Source: Eledone cirrhosa (lineage: Eukaryota). Taken from it: a stretch of 64,000 nt of DNA. Below are positions 53,060-64,000 of the stretch, in pieces. A program made the position numbers and the translations under genes. The notes under the pieces are model-generated. The model had not been told where the DNA came from. It made no database searches and was given only the letters and a program-made list of their open reading frames with translations. Each line of letters begins with the position of its first letter. Within the stretch, counting starts at the first letter, position 1. The stretch covers positions 226,424,001-226,488,000 of the forward strand of contig OZ024743.1 in the NCBI GenBank assembly GCA_964016885.1. The letters run 5' to 3'.

Positions 53060-54755
53060 GCATGTGTAAAGAGAGATGATTCGCAATACTTACAGAGAAC
53101 TCGATGGTCCTAATTATATAATTCCGCTATGAAGATGATATTAATATAGTAGGAAAATACTCTCATAGGTAATATCCAGGAACTAGAAATAAACACGATG
53201 GAGAGCGTACAAGAAATAACCAATTTCATCTTTCAGAATATTAACTAAACTAGCGACTATCCAAACAACATCCCAACCACAGACTACTTGTCTTAGACAC
53301 AAGAGACTAGAAACAACAAAGTGCAAATCCTCCAGTCGCACTATTCTATATCTACGGCCGAGTACCCGATGCACTTTCAGATAATATAAAGTTTAATATA
53401 TTGATAGTAGCCCCGCTGAGAGTGATGAAGGGCGAGTCATGCATGTGCGATGCTAAAGAATTAGAGAGACACATACATCAGTTCATCTGACGGATGCAGT
53501 TCTCGGAATGCAACCGAAGAGACGGAATCAACGTATGCAAAGGAGTCAGGGTGAAATTGAAAACTAGGAGCAAATCATGGAACAGTATAGAGAAGATAAG
53601 AAAGAAGTTAAGTTATAGTCAACTCATGGTATGAAAAGAAAGAAATACCAGCGCTTGATCTTCATCGATCTACACCCACCGCTGAATTAGCTTATATATT
53701 TAGTAGGGCTTTAGATAAAATAAACCTGAAGGTAGTTGAAAATGCAGAAATTCCCATAAAGTGCTTGATCAACAGAGCTTACCCATTTTAAAAAGTTCCC
53801 TGTACTGACAAAAACTGTATAGTCTGCAAGGTAAGCTAACAGTGAAACTGTAAAACAAGAAATATAATATATAGTATATTTTGCAAAATGAAACAATGTA
53901 GAACAATGTCCACGGCATTTATATGGGTAACGGCACCTATAATAGAGGAATGACGAAGGAGCATTGATGAGAACTGAAAGATGATGAAAACTCGCATGTG
54001 CTCTGTCATTACAAAATTGAACATGGTATCTCACTCGAAATCGTTGAGATAAAAGTCAGATCTGCACACTGAACAGACGCTATGCTCAAACAGATTAAGG
54101 AAGTTATGTGTATAACAGAAAAGAAACACACAGAAAGTATGGCTGGAATTGCAACATGGGCACAAGCTAGCACTTGGTGACGATATAAGGAGATATAAGA
54201 ATATAAGGAGATGCACAAACAGGCATAAAAATACTTTCGAGAGAAAACAGAAATAGAATAGTAACTATCTAGTGGCGGACGAGAGAGGAAATAATAAAAT
54301 CGCACACACATATACAAAAAATAAATACCCTGGATGAGAAACAAGACATATACATGTAGTGACACGCATCCACAAGCACATACAAGCATACACATGCCAA
54401 ACACAGAATCTTGTAGAAGTAACTGAACACAGAGATACCAACATATGCAAGTGGAGACCACAATCACACAACAGAAAGAGAAAATGGAGGAAATCGAACA
54501 AGATCAAAAGACAATTGGGAGCAAAAATCTTCATTAAGAAGGTCAGTGAATGTGGGACGAAGGAACTTTAACCATCCGATTACTAAACCGAACAAGGAAA
54601 AGATTATTTACCGAACTAATAATAAAGCTGAAGTGAAAAAGTGTGTTTTTATTGGCAACTTGACTCGCCCCTATATAACAATAACTGTTTCAACAAACCA
54701 TTTCAAATCAATCATGAATCTTGCATAACAACTACAGAAGCGAAGTCTGTGCGAG
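53060..54755 (+). mobile_element. Second, decayed Penelope-like element (RT C-terminal half, GIY-YIG, 3' terminal region)
   Basis: Manual translation across stops and frameshifts: RYEDDINIV (53125-53151), TMESVQEITNFI..SDYP..LVLD, ALSDNIKFNIL, LRVM..HQFI*RMQFS, VVENAEIPIKCLINRAYPF, CTDKNCIVC, CKTRNIIYSIFC, GIYMG..KEH, DAMLKQIKE; degenerate hammerhead motif at 54530-54572. Confidence 0.8.
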
Positions 54756-54782
54756 TATATATATATATACATATGTACACAC

Positions 54783-54855
<73 letters not shown>

Positions 54856-54908
54856 TGTATATGTATAAATATAAATATGTATATATATATATATATTTAT
54901 ACATATAC

Positions 54909-54988
<80 letters not shown>

Positions 54989-55058
54989 TTATATTTATAT
55001 TTATATATATATATATACATATACATATGTAAATATATATCTACATACATACATGCAT

Positions 55059-55112
<54 letters not shown>

Positions 55113-55228
55113 TGTCTCCTCGTTATCGAGTATGGCCATTGCACGAGAAAAAAAAAATATATATATATACACACATAGATACTTATCCATAAATACATAT
55201 AGACAGATAAACAGACAGACACACACAC

Positions 55229-55259
<31 letters not shown>

Positions 55260-55526
55260 TGTGTGCCTGTCTGTGTGTGTGTGTGTGTGTTTATCTATAA
55301 TTATTTTGTATAAAAACCAATTTCAAACACAAATTCAAATACGTCTGCCTATACACAGTTATGCGCGCTGAAACGACCAACTACACACAGACGCTAACAC
55401 ACACGTACTTAAGCAATTGAGTTGCATCGCTCTAAAACTATTATTATTCATTCAGGCAATCATCTCTAAGGCGGGAGAATACTTTATCTAAAAAGAAAAC
55501 AAAACAATACACACAAATACCCCACC

Positions 55527-55643
<117 letters not shown>

Positions 55644-55644
55644 T

Positions 55645-55688
<44 letters not shown>

Positions 55689-55689
55689 T

Positions 55690-55731
<42 letters not shown>

Positions 55732-55854
55732 TTGATGTATATATATATATATATATATGTATATATTTATACATACATATACATATATATATATATATAT
55801 ATTTATATATACACATACATACATACATATTTATATATATATATATATATTTAA

Positions 55855-55932
<78 letters not shown>

Positions 55933-55943
55933 TTAAATACATA

Positions 55944-56004
<61 letters not shown>

Positions 56005-56091
56005 ATTTGAACGTATAAATATATACATATATATTTATACATGTACACACTTCTACATACATACACACACACACAGACATATATACGTACG

Positions 56092-56127
<36 letters not shown>

Positions 56128-56399
56128 CACACACACACATAAATATACATACAAAATACAAAGAGGACAACTAAAATAACGGAATCAATCTATAATCTTG
56201 TGTGAGGGAAAATTGAAAAAGAGCGAAAGAAAAATTGGATGAAACAGACGACCAATTAATAACTGACGTCTTCATGTTACTGTTCAATATCCAATCACAG
56301 CCAATCAATGTATTTGTTTGATTTTTTTATAGTTTTATTTACTTTTATTATTTGTTTTCTGTTTATGGAATTCATTTATTTTGTTGTTATTCTAATTCA

Positions 56400-56464
56400 C
56401 TGTCGTTATTGTTGTTGTTTTTGTTGTTGTTATTGTTGTTGTTGATATGATTGTTGTTCTTATT

Positions 56465-56514
<50 letters not shown>

Positions 56515-56602
56515 TGGTGTTGCTGCAATTGTTGCTGTCGTTATTGTTGTTGTTGTTTTTGTTGTTGTTATTTTTGCTGTTGATATGATTGTTGTTCTTA
56601 TT

Positions 56603-56657
<55 letters not shown>

Positions 56658-56833
56658 ATGTTGTTGTTGCTGCAATTGTTGCTGTCGTTATTGTTGTTGT
56701 TGTTTTTGTTGTTGTTGTTGCTAGTGCAATTGTTATTGTTATTGTTGTCGTTTTTGTTGCTTTTACTGCTGATTTTGTTGTTGCTATTGTTGCTGTCTAT
56801 ATTATAGTTGTTGTTGTCGTTATTGTTGTTATT

Positions 56834-56878
<45 letters not shown>

Positions 56879-57130
56879 TTAGTAGTAGTAGTACTAGTAG
56901 TTGTTGTTTTTGTTGCTTACTGCTGGCGTTATTATTGTTGCTTTTGCTATTGTTGTTGTTGTTCCCTTTATAGTTGTTATTATTGTTGTTGTTATTGTTG
57001 TTGTTGTTACTATTGTTGTTGCTGTTGCTATTGTTATTGATGTTTTTTTTAATTTTCCTGCTGAATTATTGTTGCTGTTTTTATGATAGTTGTTGCTACA
57101 AATGTTGCTGTTGTTATTGTTGTTGTTATT

Positions 57131-57172
<42 letters not shown>

Positions 57173-57295
57173 ATAGTAGTAGTAGTAGTTGTTGTTGCTC
57201 ATGCTATTATTGTTGTTGCTGCTATTGTTGTTATTGTTGTTGTTTTTGTTGTTTTTGTTGCTTTACTGCTATATTTGTTGTTGTTGCTAATGTTG
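56400..57295. repeat. (TTG)n/(TAG)n compound repeat with an internal ~140 bp duplication
   Basis: gttgatatgattgttgttcttattgtagtag occurs at 56441 and 56579. Confidence 0.9.
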
Positions 57296-57840
57296 TTAAA
57301 AGGAGACAGATTATTTTTGAAGTGACGTTCCTAAGTCTGTGTATTTCTCTGTGTGTTTATGTCTGTTTCTGTGTGTGCGTGTTTATGTGTAGTGTGGGTT
57401 TACGTCCGGATATATGTGTGTGTGTGTGTACGTGTGTGTGTGTGTGCGTGTGTATGTGTGTGTAGATGTGTTTGTATCTGTGTGTTAGTGATTGTGTTTC
57501 TCTATATAGGTGTGTTAGATTGTATGAGCATGTGTGTGTATGTGTGCATGTATGTTTGTTTTGGATGCATTGTGTATGCGTGTGTTATATGGCGCTTTGT
57601 GTCTCTATAAGTGTATGTGAATGCGTGCGTGTGTATGTGTATGAGAGGATGTGTGTGTCTATGTGTATGGCTATATTTATATATCTGTGTATATGTATAG
57701 GTCTGTTTATGTTTCTTTATTCATGGGTAAGCTGGTGCGTGGCTATGAATGTATCAATGTGTAGCCATACAACATACACACACATATACGCACACACACA
57801 TAGGATATATATGTACACTCATATACACACACACAAATAT

Positions 57841-57878
<38 letters not shown>

Positions 57879-57907
57879 CACACACACATATATATATATA
57901 TATATAT

Positions 57908-57971
57908 AGTGAAAAATGGAACGGGAACAAAACAGAGAGGCAGTACAAACAAAGGTTTATTAGTTTCACGC
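57908..57971 (-). mobile_element. Isolated 3' terminus of the 13.5-16.5 kb PLE family
   Basis: gaaaaatggaacgggaacaaaacagagaggcagtacaaacaaaggtttattagtttcacg matches 13554-13614; embedded in (TA)n. Confidence 0.75.
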
Positions 57972-58054
<83 letters not shown>

Positions 58055-58348
58055 GCTACACGCACACACAGAAACACAGAAACTCACACATATGTTGCAT
58101 ATATATCTATCAAGCTACTCTATTCCAATATATACATACTTAAGTAAATGTATAGGTATATGCTTTTTATGTCTATATTTATAGTTTAGTCTGTATTGAA
58201 ATGCTTATATAAATAATTATACATATTTTGCCTTAAACCCATACATATATATTACAGTCTTATGTACACAGTTGCTTTTTAATATATTTGTTTATCTCAT
58301 CATGAATGCAAACATGAATATATATATGTGTATATATGTGAATATATA

Positions 58349-58407
<59 letters not shown>

Positions 58408-58422
58408 AAATATATACATATA

Positions 58423-58496
<74 letters not shown>

Positions 58497-58773
58497 TATA
58501 TATATATACAGAGAGAGAGAGAGAATTAGATGCACGCACACACATACATTCGTATGTAAATATGCATTGACATACACACATATAATTGACGCACACACAC
58601 ACACACACACATATAGTGGGGGAAACAAGAATCTTAGTACCAAAATGTATATCTATGTATCTATCTTTATTATTCCTACATATATTCATATGCACGCATG
58701 TATAGTTGATATATGCATACACATAGTTCCACTCACGTACTCTTCCATACACACAGTACCTCACGAACATACT

Positions 58774-58809
<36 letters not shown>

Positions 58810-59099
58810 GTACTTACTCACATATAATTTTATTGTTGTTCTCGATATGCACACGAGAAATAAAAAGAATATAAGGGAACAGAAATGTTGATACATATCT
58901 ACATTGCATGTATTTGCATTTTGTCAATTATGTTACCAACTTGCCTTTACTTTCACCCAAATTCTATCATACAATTATATACCATATCTATAAAATCTAT
59001 ATCAGGTAGTGTCTACTGTGTGCTAATATTTCTTTCTACAATGTTGTTTGTGTTGTATGCATTATTTGTAGTGTGTACTGCGTTAATGTGTGGTAATTC

Positions 59100-59870
59100 T
59101 GTTTGATATTATGTAATGTTAGTTGTATAGTATACATAGCTATTGTGAGGTAGTGATCTTTAGTGTTATGTAACATTAGTTGATATTGTGCTGTAGTATT
59201 GTGAGGCAGTACTGTGTGATGTTATGTAATATGAGTTGTATAGTGTACATACCTATTGTGAGGCAGTGTTGTTTAGTGTTTTGTAATATTAATTGATATT
59301 GTGCTGTGGTATTGTGAGGCAGTGCTGTTTGGTGTTATGTAATATGAGTTGTATAGTGTACATACCTATTGTGAGGCAGTGTTGTTTAGTGTTATGTAAC
59401 ATTGGTGGATATTGTGCTGTGGCATTGTGAGGCAGTACTGTGTGATGTTATGTAATATGAGTTGTATAGTGTACAGACCTATTGTGAGGCAGTGTTGTTT
59501 CGTGTTATGTAACATTGGTGGATATTGTGTTGTATAGTAAACAGAATATTAGTTGTATAGTGTACAGACCTATTTAGTGATATATAATGTTGGTTGTATA
59601 GTCCACAGTTGTAAGTCGCAGTAATACAGTTTGAAGTTATGTAATGGTGGTTGTACACTGTACTGTGTTATTGTGAGTCAGCGCTGTTTGGTGTTATGTA
59701 ACATTGGTTGTATAATGTACAGTGGTATTGTGCGGAAGTACCGTTTAATGTTATGTATTGTTGGTTGAATAATGTACAGTCGTATTGTGAGGCAGTGACG
59801 TTTGATATTATGCAACATTGGTTGTATATTGCACAGTGGTATTGTGAGTCAGTGCTGTTTAATATTATGT
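59100..59870. repeat. 56/57 bp minisatellite
   Basis: Unit tattgtgaggcagtgttgtttagtgttatgtaacattggttg..; two variants alternate in the left part. Confidence 0.9.
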
Positions 59871-60424
59871 AAAACAATAATGAAATGTAGCAGTGAAACA
59901 AAATATAAAGGAAAAAAGGAGTGAACTTATAAATCGAACCAAGGAAATATGTTTTCTTTGTTTCTATTGTATTACGGATACGATCTGCTGAGGACAACAA
60001 GTCGCAGAGGGCGGTTTTAGAACTCAAACCACCGAAAACTTGATTAGATACTGTAAAGCTCTTTGATAATTCCGTCAATCTACCATCCCTGGAATCTCTC
60101 AATTCATCGCTAATAGGTGCAAAAGTATTATGCAATATTACAACACAGTGTTTGGGTTTGGTTTCTTTGATTCATGCTTCAACAATGTTACAGCCTTCAA
60201 ACAGGGTATATCGTGGTCTGTAATATACATTCCAAAACGTGGCAGGATATTCTGGTTAGAATGTTGGTTATGTGATAATAAATTTGGACGTGTGAAATTT
60301 CTATTGACATATCTCAAGTCGTTAATAGCTTTAATGGCAATATATTCTATTAGTGTGAAGTTTCAAGATAATATATAAGTATATGTTTGTGTGTGTGCAT
60401 GCGCATATTTCTGTGTGTAGGTCG

Positions 60425-60900
60425 TATTTCCATAGCTCTGGTCTGCGACGGATTCATTTGCTAAAAAAAAATGGCTCAAGTGTCTGATAATCTCACTCGC
60501 GTATTTCCACGGTTTAAGTTTGCGATAGCTTCAGCCGTTTATATACATGGCCAATGTGTGTGATGGCTTCAAACATATATATCCATGCCGCAAGTTTCGG
60601 ATAATATATGTTGTGTTTGGCTATGGCTCAAGTATGTTTAGTTTCAGCTGTGTATAGCTGTACATACATAGCTGAAGTGTGCTTTAGATTTTGTCACATA
60701 TATCCATGGCTCGTGTGTATGATTGCTTTAGACGTTTATATCAATGGCACAAAGTGTCATAGTCTCAGTCACGCATGTCTTTGAACTATGGGTATGATAT
60801 CTTCAGCCACTTGTATTCATGGCTTTATTCGTCTTGAACATGGCTTAAGTGTGGGAAGGCTTCAGTCATGCTTTTTCCAGACTCAAGAGTGAGATAGCTT
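60425..60900. repeat. Degenerate 38 bp tandem repeat
   Basis: catggc-like anchor at 60470, 60508, 60546, 60584, 60622, 60667, 60705, 60743; consensus about atatccatggctcaagtgtgtgatagcttcagcc. Confidence 0.75.
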
Positions 60901-61495
60901 CTGTAAAATAGATATTCAAATAGGGCTATGTTTCTCCAACATCTCTTTTTGTGGTTCGTATTTCCATATATAAAGTGAAATAGCTTCATTTGAAGCTGGT
61001 AATCGGGCTTGTTGATATGTAACCAAAAGCTAAGCCATATCATGCAGATGTATAACCAATGAATATCCAGATTTGACAAGCCAGAATGTTTATGATACAT
61101 TATCTAACGCGTCATTTACATCTGACATCAAAATATGAGATTTTAGGGAGATTTGGCTGCTATTTCTAGTAAATCGCTAGCCATGTAGAATCTCAATCAT
61201 TGGTGTTTCGGCATTTGTCTCTGTTGTTACTTTTAGATATGTCTATTTATGTTGATGTCGTAAATGCTTGTTTTTCTTGATGTTGCTGGTATTGATGTTG
61301 TTGGTGTGGTTCCAGATGTTGTTGTTGTTAGTGTTGATATTATTCCTCTTAATATTGGTGTTGCTATTGTTGTCAATGTTGCAGGTGATGTTTTTGTTGA
61401 TATTGTTGATTTGGTTGGATGTCGTTGATTTGTTCATTGTTATGGTTGTTGCCTTTCTTTTCTTCAGATTCGAATAACATTAATCTTTATTCTAG

Positions 61496-61629
<134 letters not shown>

Positions 61630-61660
61630 GCTACACACATATATATATGAGTATATATAT

Positions 61661-61710
61661 ATTGTTATACTTTGGGAGGGTCATGTCGCCAACAAATTTC
61701 AGAAACGAAA
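61661..61710 (+). mobile_element. 50 bp collapsed derivative of the same family (both ends fused, no hammerhead)
   Basis: attgttatactttgggagggtcatg (matches 31517 start) joined directly to aacaaatttcagaaacg (matches 31890-31905). Confidence 0.6.
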
Positions 61711-61755
61711 TATATATATATATATGTATGTATATATATATACACACACACACAC

Positions 61756-61788
<33 letters not shown>

Positions 61789-61798
61789 GCTATTTTAA

Positions 61799-61837
<39 letters not shown>

Positions 61838-61877
61838 GTATATATACACATATATATACATATATACATACATATAC

Positions 61878-62003
<126 letters not shown>

Positions 62004-62488
62004 CGAGAGGAGAGTGTGTGAGAGAGAATTGGTTTTGGACTACTTTTTTCTTCTCATGCTAAATAACTTATGGAAGGAGTGTTACACGTACGTGTTTTTC
62101 GGTATTGGGGAGGAAGGTAACAATATCACAATTCTGTTGGTTTCTGCTATGTTGAAAATTTCGATAAATGATGTATTACAGTATTGTAATCTGTGTTAAA
62201 AAATTTACGAGGAGGGAAAAAAGAAAAAGAAACTCAAGAAGCTGGCATTATCATCTTTATGCGTACGTGAATAGTATATATGAGAAAAAATTGTGTGTTG
62301 TCGAGGCGGAGTAGGGATGGGGGACTATGTGTGCGCATACATTTGTGTTATACATATATACATACACACACACACACACATACACACACACATACACACA
62401 TACACACATATACACACACATATATATACATATATGTGTGTATATATATATATCATATATATATATATATATACATATATATACATAT

Positions 62489-62520
<32 letters not shown>

Positions 62521-62526
62521 GTATAC

Positions 62527-62604
<78 letters not shown>

Positions 62605-62657
62605 GTATATATAAATATGTGTATATATATATATGATATATATATATATATACACAC

Positions 62658-62689
<32 letters not shown>

Positions 62690-62744
62690 GTATAGATATA
62701 TATATAATATATGCATATGCATATATACATATGTGTGTGTGTTG

Positions 62745-62847
<103 letters not shown>

Positions 62848-63159
62848 TTGCCACATGCCCAAATATATTGAATGTAAACAAAAAACAACTGTATAAGTAG
62901 ATTAATTGATAAATTGTTTGATCAATACTTATATTGATTGAAAGATAGATGAGGAGATATGTATAGAGTGAAAATGGAGAGTGAAATATACAAGACCAGA
63001 TAAAGGGGAAAAGAGTGTTCACACACACAATTCATACACACACACACACAACCCCCAACATATAGAGGTGATCACACACACGATAACAATTACATCGGAT
63101 GTGCATGCAAAATGTACACACATATACACACACACACGCACATAACACACACACACTCA

Positions 63160-63191
<32 letters not shown>

Positions 63192-63200
63192 ATTATATAT

Positions 63201-63238
<38 letters not shown>

Positions 63239-63486
63239 ACACACATATATATAAACATATATATACACACACACACACACTCATATAAATATATATGTAT
63301 ATATACACACATATATATATGTATATATATATGTGTGTCTGTGTGTGTTTTAGGGTGTGTGTCGGTGTGTGTGTGTGTGTGTGTGTGTGCGTGTACATTT
63401 AAAGTGAGAGAAGGCGGGAGAGTTAATGAACCGTCTAAAAGAGGCTGACATTGAAGTAGATATTATGAATTCAAGTAAGTAACTAA

Positions 63487-63694
63487 ATAATGATTTCTCA
63501 TTTAGGCACAAGGCCAACAATTTGTGAGGGTGGTGAGAATTGATTAAACTAACTGTTACTGTTCGTTACTGGTGCTTTATTCTATCGACCACATAAGGAT
63601 GAATGGCAAATGGGGATTTGAACTCAGAAAGCTTGTGCCGGAACAAATACTGCCACGCAGTTTTCCGATGCTAAACGACATTGCTAATCCACCA
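63487..63694 (-). mobile_element. SINE A-related, diverged
   Basis: ttaggcacaaggcc tail, ctttattctatcgacc body and gatttgaactcag B box, all in reverse complement. Confidence 0.75.
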
Positions 63695-64000
63695 TTTATC
63701 GTACGATAATTATGCATCTAACTGAAACATCTCATCAGTTAACATTCGTGTAAAAATCCATCATTGTATAGAATCGGAAATTTGAATAAGAAAGTATAGA
63801 CATCGAATCGAAACTAAAGTAAGCCAAACAATCAATATGTTCACTTAGGTTTTTAAATAATCGATCTTCCACTCTAACGAACTAACATATGTGTGGGTGG
63901 TGAGATGAAGTAATGCTGCAAGAAAAAAAAAATTGGAGTAAAAGAGAATGGCAGATATTCATATGTATATATACATATATATATATACATATATATATAT

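Overview
AT-rich, microsatellite-saturated, non-genic eukaryotic DNA (intronic or intergenic); the repeat families suggest an octopod cephalopod (inference). No host exon, tRNA, rRNA or CRISPR array can be supported, and nearly all listed ORFs are simple-repeat artefacts. The recognisable content is transposable elements: a near-full-length RTE LINE (17243-21838, minus), a C-rich Neptune-type Penelope-like element (PLE; 13551-16523, minus), a second decayed PLE (about 53060-54755, plus), more than 20 copies of a tRNA-headed SINE plus other SINE families, a Tigger4/MER46-like MITE, fossil HERO-like LINE and hAT-like fragments, several minisatellites and at least six fold-back palindromes. The main hidden signal is a dispersed family of minimal type I hammerhead ribozyme motifs (CUGANGA-stem II-GAAA) with compensatory stem changes. 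They sit in short non-autonomous elements (5570, 9340, 12603, 16826, 31517; a motif-less stub at 61661) that are homologous to the 3' terminal region of the PLE at 53-54.7 kb. Unrelated hammerhead motifs occur at 6916, 13640 and 33470.
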